A stretch of DNA of 64,000 nt from positions 1,922,001 to 1,986,000 of the forward strand of contig CM039006.1 in assembly GCA_017499595.2 (NCBI GenBank), written 5' to 3'. This stretch comes from Psilocybe cubensis. Its lineage: Eukaryota. Under the pieces are notes generated by a model, which was not told where the DNA came from, did no database searches, and saw only the letters and a list, made by a program, of their open reading frames with translations. Of this stretch, positions 21,003-32,600 are shown in pieces. The position numbers were made by a program, and so were the translations under genes. Numbering within the stretch: position 1 is the first letter of the stretch; every line of letters begins with the position of its first letter.

Positions 21003-23900
21003 ATGGGCTTCAAGAAAGTACCTGATAGGGGATCGGATGAGGAGTTTCCCAATGTTCGGGAGGCCTCCTGGTCTAGTGGGGCCAAGAAACGAAAGAGAGG
21101 GCGGCCGAGGATCCACAAACTTCCTGCAGAATCATCATCAACAAACCTCCCTCAAACAACGACTTACTCTTTCCAAAACCATGAACACAACATTCTGGAA
21201 GAAGAAATACCTCATTATCCGGGAGATCTAACTGATCAGCAGGTACTTGATAACCTGAGACAGCTAGATGACGACAGAACGGGAGGAAAGGTATGTTTTA
21301 ACATGTTTTCAGTAGAATGATCAGGATGACTTTACCTATCCAGTCTCAAAATGATTACCTGAGGGAATGGCTCCCGAAACGAGAGGTGTATCTTGGAACA
21401 ATGATTGGAGGAGAAGCCCCAGATCCGGATCTGAATGGACGGTGTCAGCAATGTCAAGGAATGTCTGGAGTGTGGAGATGTTGCCAATGCTTTGGCTCTA
21501 GAATTTTGTGTTCTGAATGCCTGCGAAGAAACCATCAATTTACACCTTTCCACCGCGTTGAGAAGTGGACGGGTCTATATTTCCGTCCGGGAGCTCTGTG
21601 GGAAGTGGGTGTCAAGTTGTATTTGGGTCATAATGGGAAGCGGTGTCCTTATCCCACGGATCCGAGCCATCTAGGATGCGACGGCGGAAACAATTCATCC
21701 GGGAGTCATGGGCACGGCGGAAACAATTCGCCCATCTTTGAGGATGAACACGGATTGGACCTGGATCCGCTTCCTGCGAGCAATGACCAAGAATCCTTTA
21801 CGGCTCAGCTTCTGGCGGACCCGGAGGTACCCCATTTGGTTGAGCTGGACGATGGAGACGATGAAGACGATGATCTATTCGAGGAAGTCGATACAACCTA
21901 TCTGGACCAACCTCGTCCAAAGGCAGCAGACAACAATGGAATTCCTTTCAAGGCAATTGTGCACACCTCCGGAGTCCATTATCTGCCCGTGCGAACATGC
22001 ACATGCCGGTCCGTCCGCCTTCCGTCTATCGATTTACAGTATCTGGAGATGGGATTATTTGCAGCCAGCTTTGAAAACGTTCAAACTGTGTTCACAGTTG
22101 AGGTCCTTGAGGACTTTCGGATGGACAACCTCGAGTGCAAAACGTCGGCTTATCAGTATTACCAAAAGTTGCGAAGACTGACTTCGCCAGCGTTTCCAAA
22201 AAAGGTGCTGAACCGCTATCGTGAATTGAGAAGGCTTAGTAGAGAATACAGGGACCTTGTCCTGAGACGACAATACGGAGAAGGGCATACAAGAGAAGCG
22301 GTGGTCCCTTACTATCATCATTGCCATGATTCATCACCAGAGAGGATGGGTATTAATGTATCTGATCCAATTGACGGCGGATCTGATAGTCCGTCTCAAG
22401 AAGTCGGAACGTCAACGGACCCGTCTCTGGGACACGGCGGATTAGATGGTCCGCCTGCACCACAAATGACGCGGACCGAGGATCATCCCAAAGTTGAAGA
22501 TAGGAGAGGGAAGTTGGCCTTATTCTGCCCCGCCTGTCCACAGCCTGGAATAAACCTACCTGATACCTGGATTGATGATGCTGACAGGCAAGTTTTAGTT
22601 ATTCTTCAAGGGTGACTGCAATTAACAGCAAATAGCAATCTGTACATACGTAGTTATGTTGCAGATGGTAATTTCAAAGCAGATCACCTCAATCAGAAAA
22701 ACGAGGGAGACGATGTTTGGTTGAGCGTTGGAGAAGGATACATGACTGCTCCGGGCCCATACAAGGAGCACATCAAGGAAGCAATTTCTCTTGCTCCACG
22801 TTATAAACGGGTGCGTTATCTACCATGATTTATCTTTCACGGCGGATGCTTACGTTCCGTGTCACAATCTTCCACGGTGGATGCTTCCCTTCCGTGTCAA
22901 AAAAATCTTCCACGGCGGATGGCTTATCCTCCGTGTAAAAAAATATCAGGAACAAACATGTCATAACTACCACGCCCAGAAAGCTGAAAACAGAGTCAGC
23001 CCGGGTAAGAGAGTACGTGGAATTGGGGAACACGCTTGCGCTAGGCACGGATGCTTCTGTCCATCCAGCGTTGTCGATTTTGACAAAGGCGAAAAGCAGA
23101 TGCACATGGATTGGTCTTTGACTCAGGCCAGGGAAACTACCAACACACAGGGAATCACAAAACATTTGGAAATCTACGATATAAACTGTCAATATTGCGT
23201 TAACTTGGCAAGGCGTCTCTCAGAGTCCACAAAAATGCATTGGCCACCTTCTGTTAAAATGATTTTTGCAATTGGTTTATTTCACGTCCACGGGCACAAG
23301 ACGGAATGTCTTTACAACTACGCATCCACCTATGTCCCGGGTGTGGGAATCATTGACGGAGAAATCCTGGAGCCGTTGTGGTCCGTGTTAAATGACACAT
23401 CCCGGAGTACACGTTCCGCTACCACTGCCCATCGAGCAGAGGTTTTGGACGACCACATGGGGGATTCCAACTGGAAGAAGACCATTAATATGGCTGCAAC
23501 AATTGCTGCAAAGTTCAAACGGGCACGGGAACAGTCCGGAATCACAGACCGATTTTATAGGGGTATCACGGATCAACAAGATTCCGGGCTCATCAACACT
23601 TGGGAAGATGAAATTTCAAAAGCAGAAGCGGACCGAGAACAAGGTGTGGCCGACGCTGTTGGCAAGGTAATGGCAAGCAAAGTGAAAACGGCTGCTGGAC
23701 GCCAAGAAATTGAATTGCATCTTTCAAATATGGAACTTACATCTAATGGTGCTACTGGAAAGGCAGCATGGATATCATCCGGCTTAAAACTGGAGCAAGC
23801 GCAGTACGATTATTTCAATTGCATCCTACAGAATTTAACATGCTTTTAGATTGGAGCTCAGGGACCATGTCAGAAAGCTCGGAAAGCATCCTTCCACCGC
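21003..23900 (+). CDS. KDZ transposase, 5' part (AT-hook, CxC2-like cysteine cluster, catalytic domain); interrupted by Gypsy B
   Basis: KRKRGRPR; CQQC...CCQC...CSEC...HQFTPFHRVEKW; FCPACPQPGINL; ADGNF; CARHG; DFDKGE; YDINC; FHVHGH; DGEILE; DDHMGDSNWKK. Introns 21291-21343, 22588-22635 (GC-AG), 22811-22949, 23804-23849. Confidence 0.92.
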
Positions 23901-25529
23901 TGAAGATCGAAGTTTGTGATTGGTTATAAACTATATGTAATCCAACAAACACAAACCCCAGGGAAAGAGTGGTCCAGACTGGATAGGACGAAACCTTCTC
24001 CTAAGTTTCTTAAGGGAGGACGCTGCCTAGGATTTAAGTAGATTAGGATGGTGTGGATTGTGAAGGGTAACGAAAGCGAAATAGTAAGATGAGGATAACC
24101 GGGTCGTCTGGGTACGATAGTAAATAAGCCTTCCGAAAATGGGATGGAACCGTGGAATTGGATGGCGGGTGTATATAGAAAGCGTGAAGAAGATGCGTAG
24201 AATGCATATGAGAAATCAATAAATGTGAATCTTAGAGGGGTTGTCTGAAGTGAGTGGGGAACGTTCCGAGGGGAGATAAGAAGATGAATAGGAGTCGGAA
24301 TGTCGTTAACGGGCTGAATCTTGAAGAATGGTGAAAGTGTCTTTAAATTGACAATCTTTCTGAAGCTTGGAATGAAGCTATACGTCGCAGGAGTATTGAC
24401 TGAATCGAGGATGAAAGACTAAGTCTGTCTCGAATGAAATCGCTCCAGATGAGTTGACGGAGGGAAAGGATGTCTTGAATACACTCCTAACGGCGATGGT
24501 TGGAAGGTGTAGAAAGAGTAGGAGCGGTAACGGAGTGAATGGAGGAGAGGAAGTAGGGAAGTACTGGAGGTCTGGATAGAAGTTGGATATTCAACGCTGA
24601 GAAGAAGAGGCGTTGGATGAGGAGGATGACTGGTCTTGGATGAAATCCTCTCTTAATGGAAAGCGAGATGACTTCGGATGAATGGAAGTAAACTTGGTCT
24701 CGACGGAGGGTGGAACTGATGACTGAATTGGACTTGAGTTTGGGCTTGGCTTGAACTTGAGCTTGGAATTGAAATGAATCGATGTGGATTGACTTGAAAT
24801 TGACTTGACTTGGATGAAAATTGACTTGCTTTGAAGAAAGTGGGGACTGGGTGTAACTTTCCTGTCATTTCGTGTAATTCTACTACAGCTTTTATACTAA
24901 AAGCTACGTGAACGAAATACCAATCTAAGCTACTGAAAACCGAGTCATATACTGTACAAAGTGTCAAGAATAAGGCTACGCAAGTGTAACAATAAGCAAG
25001 AACAATAAGACATGTCAATATCGACACGACGACAGATAAGAAATGAATAGGATGAGTAAGAAAGAAGTGTATGACGAAGGTGAATGGTAATACAGATTAG
25101 ATAAAAGAAGCAAGGATGAGTCAGAAAGCATAGAAGATTGGTAAGACAAAGACAATAAAAGCGCAACAGACAATAGAAAAGATATAAATAAACACAAAAG
25201 GATGAGTAAGACAAACCAAAAATAAGTTGGAATGAGTAATCCGCAGCCTGACGCTGAGTAAGACCATTGAATTGATAAAAATAGAGTTGACAGTCCGGCT
25301 GTGCAAGGCAGTGTAGAAAGCTATGCAGTTTGATGGTTGACTGATCCGTCGCATAGCCTTGATGATCTGATGAAGTGACATGATCCGGAATAACGTGGCT
25401 CCCATGTGACAAGTGTTGATAAAATAAGATGTGTGGATGACTTATGGAAAGAATGACTGCTTGGGTTGAGGGCGTCGTGTGTAGATCCAAAATGAACATC
25501 TCATCTCCAATCAGGATTGGGGTATGATA
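23901..25529 (-). repeat. 3' LTR of Gypsy B
   Basis: Matches 33754-35382 with 9 substitutions seen; preceded on the minus strand by the purine-rich GGGACGGA (PPT-like). Confidence 0.95.
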
Positions 25530-25587
25530 TCCGTCCCAAACTTGAGAAATCAACCGTCCCCGGTTGCGGAAGGAAGGGGGGGATAGA

Positions 25588-28500
25588 TTAGAAATCGTCC
25601 ATATCGTCGCTCCATGTGTCTTTATCTTCCTCACTCTCGTGTCCAAGTTCTCTGATCATCCGGTCTAGCTGAGGTCGAGGAATGACTGAACCGTCTCGTG
25701 GAAAATAGCGAAGAAGTCGGAAAGCAGCTACGCCTTGAGCCAGTTGCGTACCATTAAGTTCTCTAAGCACATATGATCCTCCTCGTGTCTGTCGTACAAC
25801 TTTATAAGGTCCAAGGTATCGTGGCTTGTGCTTGCAATTCATCTCCTTCTCGACTTGACTGTTCCTAACGAGGACTAGATCACCAAACTTGAAGCTTTCT
25901 TGTCGAAGACGTCGAGCAAATCGTCGTTCAAAAGTAGCTTTGGATTGAAGTCGTGATTGTTTCAGAACGTCGGCTATGTTGGCTAAGTCTTCATCTTGTT
26001 TCATGAGTTGTCGAACACGGAGAGCTAGGAGATCTTCGGAACTCATTCCTTGTCGGAATCCATCAACTAGAAATGTGGCTTCAAGGAGATCGAATGGAAG
26101 AACAGGATGAACACCATGCATGACGTAGAAAGGGGAATGTCCAGTAGAGCGTCGAGTAATGCATTTGTCGGAGAAGAGTGTGTGATGAACGTACTGTGGC
26201 CAGTCTAGAGGTCGGTCGCCGCAAGCTTTGAGAATGGATTCACGGAAGTCAATGTGACCACGTTCAATAGATCCATTGGCTTTAGAGTTGTAAGGAGAAA
26301 TGCGAACTTGAGGAATGCCGTACTTTTCCATCAAAAGACTGAAAGCGCCAGAGACTTCTACTCCATTGTCCGTGCGTACAATAGCAATAGCACCATATCG
26401 GCATATGACTTCTTCCCAAAAGAAAGTGGCCAGCTCTTCGGAACGTAAAGACTTGAGGGCACGTCCTTCAGGTGCACGTGATAAGTCGTCTCGGGCTAGG
26501 ACTACGTATCGGAAGCGTCCAGACTTGGGCATGTACATGACGTCGACATTGATGATAGTGAAGATAGTTGGGGTAGCTGTGATAGTGATAGGAACTTCGC
26601 TTTTCTTGGTGGATCTGATCTGACATTCATGGCAAGTAGCGAGATGATGCTTGATATCCTGAAAAAGAAATGGCCAGAAAAACCGAATGCGAATAACTCC
26701 AAACACACCGTATACTCCTCGATGTCCGAGTTCTTCATGAGCTTGAGTAAGAATGAGACGTCGCTTGTCTGGATCTAGAATAACCAAGAGTGGAGGTCTT
26801 CCTTGTCGTCGTCGATAGAGTTGATCATCTTTGAGATAGTACTGAGTAGCGCGAGCAAGGAATCGTCGTCGGGACTGCAAATTGGGAAAAGGGGGTATAG
26901 TTTGGTCTGTAAGAAATTGAAGAATTTGTCGAAGTGTCCGTTCTTGAGAAGAAGAAGAAGCAATAAAAGAAGGAAGCGAGATAGAGTCATATGATGGCAT
27001 AGAAGAGGGAGTAAAAAGAAAAGTAGGGAAAAATTTGACCGTATTAAGAAGAGCAATATCGTCGAGCCAGTCATCGTCTTCTTGAGGTTCTTCTAACTCT
27101 TCAGAAGTTGGTTGTCGCCTTGAAAGTCCATCAGGTCCACGATGATTACCGGCCTTTACATGGATGAGCTTGAAGTCAAAGAGAAGAATGCCTTGTATCC
27201 ATTGATTCATACTAGCACTAGGCTGCAAGTCAGGCTGATTGAGCATGCCTTTGATGTACTTGGCGTCGACTTCAACGTAGAGGTTCTTGACTCCAATAAG
27301 ATAGAGGCGGAATTCTCGAAGAGCACGGAAAAGACCATATAACTCAAGCTTGGGCTGACTGTATCGTGCTTCTCGTGGATTAAGTGAGATAGAACCATAG
27401 CGGACAGGTCGTCGGATGCCTTCTTTGTCAAGCTGATAGAGAATAATACCAATAGCAATGTGAGAAGTGTCCACGGCAAGAATAACTGGGCGATCGGATG
27501 AATAGTCAATAGAAGTGAGAACAGGAGGATTGGAAATGATTTCTTTGAGAGTTTGGAAAGAGTCTTCTCGTTGTTGAGTCCAGACAAAGGGTTCGTCCTT
27601 ACGATAGAGTTCTGTGAGTGGTCGGACAAGGGCTGAGTAATTTCTGATCCAAACACGCATTGTTCCGCATAGACCTAGAAAGGATCGGATGTCGTGAACA
27701 GACTTTGGTCGTGGCCAATCAGTGACTTTCTGTATCTTGCTCTGATCGGGTAGTCGTCCATCCGGAGTGCATAACTGTCCAAGGATAAGAACTTTAGGCT
27801 GAGCGAGCTGAGTCTTTGGTCCAGAAAATGTAGCACCAGCACATCCCATGCGGTGCATAACTCGATGAACATCTTGAGCGTGTTCCCAGACAAATCGTCG
27901 TATTCCTGGATTTTCTGGAAGTGTTTCTGGATTGCCGTCCTCGTCTAAGTACTGTGTTGGAGGGCCTTTGATAGGAACATCGTCGATAAAGACATTGGCT
28001 ACGTGAGGGATCTCGTCACGAAGGATGAAGGTTGTACAGGCTTGAAATTCCGCTACTGCATTCGTATATCCCATAGGCATTGAAGTAAGTCGAAGAGGTC
28101 CAATAGGCGACTGGAATGTGGTAAGATCTCGGCTCATAGGATGGATTTTGCGTGCGTCATATCCCCAATATAAGTCAAAGACCGTGTAAATAGAATGACC
28201 AGCAAAGGGAACCACAAAGTCGTCAAGAACTGGAGGAACTCCTGCGTCGCGATAGGAAATAGAGTTAAGAATCTGCAGATCATGAACTAGACGGATAGCA
28301 CCAGATGTCTTCTTCTTGACCCAGAAAATTGGAGAGCGATACGGAGCTTGGCTTGGTTCGTATACTCCAGCGTCTATCTTTTCACGTAAGAGACTGATAA
28401 CTTGATCCTTGATGCCGGGTGGAATAGGAATATTTCGGACTACCCAGGGCTCGTGATCCTCAACAGGAAAGATGTATGGAGAGAAGTATTCTTCAGAAAA

Positions 28501-29658
28501 TGTTCCACGTTCGGACTGATGAAAAGCGAGTGAGCGTTCATTGAGTTTAAGAATATGAAGGAAAAGCTTTTCTTCTTCCGGCCATAGGAATTTGTTGGCG
28601 TTAATGTTCATTGATTGTATGTGATCAAGAGTGAGTCTGGTTGTTGGCGTAAAGGCAGGGGGATGGAGTGGGAGAGGTGGGAGAGATAATAAGGGATCAA
28701 CAGGAATTCGTCGTATAACTTTGGCCGATTCTGGAGTAACCCGATTTATAGGTCTAACTTTCCGATCGACTCGTTTATAGGCTGTATTGGCAGAAGAGGG
28801 GGAAAGAATAGGTGATATGAATTGATTCATGGAGGCTCGGAAGGTTGATAGTGTCAATCCTGACGCGGCAGTGAATACAAAACCAATTGTAGGATAGCTT
28901 GACGACCTTGCCGAATTAGTTCGGTTGACGGTGGGTTTAGCAGTAATATCTGAATTGAGTGACCATGATCTCGCATAAATGCTTTGATCTATCCGAAATT
29001 TCTGTAGGTCTTGACCCATCAGAGGTAATGGAGTGGTCGTCCTTCTTATCTTGTCCGTAAGCTTGATTTTTCGCTCTTTGTGGATAAGATGAAGCCCTTC
29101 CCGATTCTGTAGGAGTTCGAGGTGTATTGGAGGCGTGATGGTGGTGTATATTGGAGATAGAGATTCCGTATAGCATTCCTTTGGGAGGTTGCGCGTGTTT
29201 CTCCAAGAACTCTGCAATAGGTGACCTGAGGATTTGTTTGCTGACTGAAGTGGTGAAGCGGGGGTGGAACAAATAAATAAAAGAGAGGAATAAATAAAGG
29301 TTAGTTTAACGACTTTTCGGTCGACGTACATACAAATGGATAAAGTGGAAAGAAAATGAAAATAAAAGGTAAAGGAAAAGGTTGTATGGCTTGGAGTTGC
29401 CATTGAGAGTGTGAATGTGAGGAAAAGGTGCATAAAAGAAAAGTGGAGGCGTTCAAGAACTCGTTGCACAAATGAAAAATCTACATAAGTGTCCGTGAAA
29501 TAGAAAAGAGAAACGCAAAATGTGGAAATAAAATGGGAGGTGGAATAAAGGCATAACGATGAGGAAGAAGAAACACCAGCAACAGCAAAGGTGACAAAGA
29601 AAAATTGAGGGGATCGGAGAACAAAGAGAGGGCGTTGAGGAAGCAAGCTGATGTCCAT
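25588..29658 (-). CDS. pol: Gypsy Pol: reverse transcriptase, RNase H, integrase (no chromodomain evident)
   Basis: IRLVHDLQILN, MPMGYTNA, VFIDDV (RT); LAVDTS, KLELYG (RH); AHEELGH...CHEC, VRTDNG, NGSIER (IN); PRYLGPYKV. Confidence 0.95.
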   Translation of the reverse strand: MDISLLPQRPLFVLRSPQFFFVTFAVAGVSSSSSLCLYSTSHFISTFCVSLFYFTDTYVDFSFVQRVLERLHFSFMHLFLTFTLSMATPSHTTFSFTFYFHFLSTLSICMYVDRKVVKLTFIYSSLLFICSTPASPLQSANKSSGHLLQSSWRNTRNLPKECYTESLSPIYTTITPPIHLELLQNREGLHLIHKERKIKLTDKIRRTTTPLPLMGQDLQKFRIDQSIYARSWSLNSDITAKPTVNRTNSARSSSYPTIGFVFTAASGLTLSTFRASMNQFISPILSPSSANTAYKRVDRKVRPINRVTPESAKVIRRIPVDPLLSLPPLPLHPPAFTPTTRLTLDHIQSMNINANKFLWPEEEKLFLHILKLNERSLAFHQSERGTFSEEYFSPYIFPVEDHEPWVVRNIPIPPGIKDQVISLLREKIDAGVYEPSQAPYRSPIFWVKKKTSGAIRLVHDLQILNSISYRDAGVPPVLDDFVVPFAGHSIYTVFDLYWGYDARKIHPMSRDLTTFQSPIGPLRLTSMPMGYTNAVAEFQACTTFILRDEIPHVANVFIDDVPIKGPPTQYLDEDGNPETLPENPGIRRFVWEHAQDVHRVMHRMGCAGATFSGPKTQLAQPKVLILGQLCTPDGRLPDQSKIQKVTDWPRPKSVHDIRSFLGLCGTMRVWIRNYSALVRPLTELYRKDEPFVWTQQREDSFQTLKEIISNPPVLTSIDYSSDRPVILAVDTSHIAIGIILYQLDKEGIRRPVRYGSISLNPREARYSQPKLELYGLFRALREFRLYLIGVKNLYVEVDAKYIKGMLNQPDLQPSASMNQWIQGILLFDFKLIHVKAGNHRGPDGLSRRQPTSEELEEPQEDDDWLDDIALLNTVKFFPTFLFTPSSMPSYDSISLPSFIASSSSQERTLRQILQFLTDQTIPPFPNLQSRRRFLARATQYYLKDDQLYRRRQGRPPLLVILDPDKRRLILTQAHEELGHRGVYGVFGVIRIRFFWPFLFQDIKHHLATCHECQIRSTKKSEVPITITATPTIFTIINVDVMYMPKSGRFRYVVLARDDLSRAPEGRALKSLRSEELATFFWEEVICRYGAIAIVRTDNGVEVSGAFSLLMEKYGIPQVRISPYNSKANGSIERGHIDFRESILKACGDRPLDWPQYVHHTLFSDKCITRRSTGHSPFYVMHGVHPVLPFDLLEATFLVDGFRQGMSSEDLLALRVRQLMKQDEDLANIADVLKQSRLQSKATFERRFARRLRQESFKFGDLVLVRNSQVEKEMNCKHKPRYLGPYKVVRQTRGGSYVLRELNGTQLAQGVAAFRLLRYFPRDGSVIPRPQLDRMIRELGHESEEDKDTWSDDMDDF

Positions 29659-29673
29659 GCACCGTCCAGATAG

Positions 29674-32600
29674 TCAGTACAATGTGTTGGCGTCCAAGGG
29701 ATGTTCTTCCGTGTTGTTGATACCAAAGGGACTTTCTTCTCCATACTGATAGTACCATTCGTTTCCATCATCCATATTTGAAGCTCGCGATTCGTGCATT
29801 GTGCTGGTTATGGGAAGAGGTAAAAGGGAAGAATTGTGGTCGACCTCTTTGCCATTTTGGGCGATTAGTAGCTCTTCTTCATCCTCGTTTAATGGCTCCT
29901 TCGGACTGTCGTGGGCTACCCGCAGAGGATGTACCAAAGCTTTCGGGCCTCGATGATGCTCGTCTACATTTGCGGTGACCGTCGATGATACATGTGTTTC
30001 TTGGTGAATCATAATCGAAAGAGGCGTCTCTGGAAGAGCAGAACTTCGGGAATGAGGTTGGGGAATAGAAGAAGCGTTTTGAGAGCGAATGGATTGGGGA
30101 ATAAAATGAGTCCAGGATGCTGAGTGACATTGGCCCATTGGATAAGCACTGACTGAAGCAGAGTGGTTAGATTGAGACGAGATACCAGTGCGACTGAAGT
30201 GTAGAATAGTTGGAGTCGTCGTCAAGTTTATATGGCTGTCTCTCTGCGGATAAACATAATGGACAAAGGCCGTTCCTGTTCGGTCAGAAACAACACGAGT
30301 AGGAGAAGAATAAGTGGCGTCGTATAGAATCCAGTCTTCAAAGCGCAAGTGGGGGTTGAGCATTCCCATAGCCGTAAGGTGAGTATTGTCAGAAGAGAAT
30401 TGAATAGCTTCTACTTCGGGTGAGCTCAATTGTTCCATTTCTGGATCGTCGTCAGCTGGTTCTTCTTCATGTGGGTCGTTATTGTCTGAAGTGTGGGATT
30501 TGATGGACGGATTGACAGATGGTGATGGTGGCTGTTCTATTTGTGGGGCCTCATGTGTGGAATCGTAAGGTGGTGTGGAAATATGACCATAATGGGCTGT
30601 CGCATTGAATTGAGAAGTTCCCGAGTCATCTTGATACATTGAGTCATAATCGGAAGCGTAGAGACCGTGAGAGGAGTCCTGAGTCGAGTCATGTTCGCAG
30701 TTGGAGTCAGAGAAAGAGGGTGCATCTTGTGAAGTGGATAAGTCCTCATTTGGGTTAGCAGATTCGTCCCGATTCAGAGATTGTTGCCTAGTAAGGATAG
30801 ATAACTCGATCATGGAAGGGGTAGGTGATGGATAGCGAAGGTCGTCCAATAATTCACCGGGTTCTAGATCTTCTTCAATTTCACCTTCTTCGGCATCCGG
30901 ATTAGCTAAGGAGAGGTCGTTGTGTGCTAACATTGTGTGGGGGGTCTTGTCGTAAATGGTATCCGTGAAGTAACGCCGGTCGTGCTGAGTATCAGGTGTC
31001 ACAAGGAATTTCTGCTCACGTGTAGGATCTTTGACGTCATAGAAGGCAATGAAGGTCCCTTCGGGTCGTTCTAGAATGTCCACATAGTTGTCACGGGTCC
31101 ATGGACGTCCCAAGAGTATATCAAACTGGACTTTGTCGGATACATAGCAATGAGCACGCGTCCTGACTGTACCAATATCAAGTTGAACATTTCCAACGAA
31201 TCCAAGCATGTGGGATTTGCCGCCATGAATATCGACCATAACAATAGTATTCCGGCTGTCCATCGGCAACTTGACAATCTTCTTCCAAGCCTGTTCGCTT
31301 AGAATGTTCTGCGTAGATCCACTGTCAATCAAGGCATTGAGTTCGTGACCATTACACATTAATGTGATTCGAAGAAGGGGCTCGTGAGCGCGAAGGGATT
31401 CGACTGAATTGGTCTCGTGCATGTATTGAACAGGTACGTCCTTTTCGGCACTGCGAATGATGTCTAGAACTTCCTTATCGGAAAGCTTTAAGTTGCCGTT
31501 TGCCAATGAAGCTTTGAATTCGTCGACAGTAAGGGTCTTGCCTTTGATGCTGTTGATAAGAAGGGTCCTAAGGTCCTTTGAAACTCCAAGTAGCTCGCCG
31601 AACGTCGCATTAACGGGTTGATTAAGGCATCGTCTGAGAATGGCCATAGTGTCGACAGTTTGGGATATGTCAGAGACACGTTTCTGAGGTGCTGCACGTG
31701 GCTTGGTAACTGATTTGCCTCGTTCTAGACTAGGAGTGACATCTTCCATGATTTGATCATCATCGGCCGGATCAAAAACCTCGTGTCGTTGGGCAGTCTC
31801 GGGATGTTCCGTTGGATTTGCCCTAATCGGGACATTGGGTTGAGCTTGTTTGACAGGAATTGATGGATTCATTTCGGCAGAAGGTTGATTAATTGACGGG
31901 ATTGGGACAGGTTGAATGGAAGTGGAGCTAGGCACGTTGTTCGGCAATCCAGAGTTAGCCGGACGTTTAAGAATAGATGGGATCTGAGAAGAATCCTTAG
32001 CTTTACTCATTTCCGCTCGCTTCCCTTTCAGATACGCGGGTTCCGGAGGTACCACAGCGTCCATGACCTGTTTGCGTGCAGCACGTGTTCGCTTTTCAGT
32101 TGGGATTTGATTACCAGGACCTGCCAGCGTAAACTCAAACTCGTCTTCTCCATCCCAGGTTCCAATGTCGTCCTCTTCTTCTTCTGCAACCATGGCTCTG
32201 TAGTTCTTGAACATCTGACCATAATATGCTTCGGATACGGCTATGCTTGTGGTAGCAACTTGAGGAGGAGGAGGAGGAGGAGGCTGTTGTTGACGAAGGA
32301 CTGCTTGTGCGATTGACTCTCCATTCTGGCGAATAATGCGGGATCCATCAGGGAAGACAACTCGATTGCTACTGTCTCTGGAGATGAGCTTGCGGTTTGT
32401 AAGATCAATGAGCGTCGGGCAGTTGTTGATTCCATGGCCTTGTTGGTGGCAACCATAGCAGATGATCTCGGATGTGGACTGACGTGGTGCTCGTGGTGCT
32501 GGAGGTGCTGACTGACTTGCGATTGGGACTGGCTGAGCTGGCTGTGCACTTGGATTCATAATGGCCGGAGCAATGAGCATGTTAGCAAGAGCGGGTTCCA

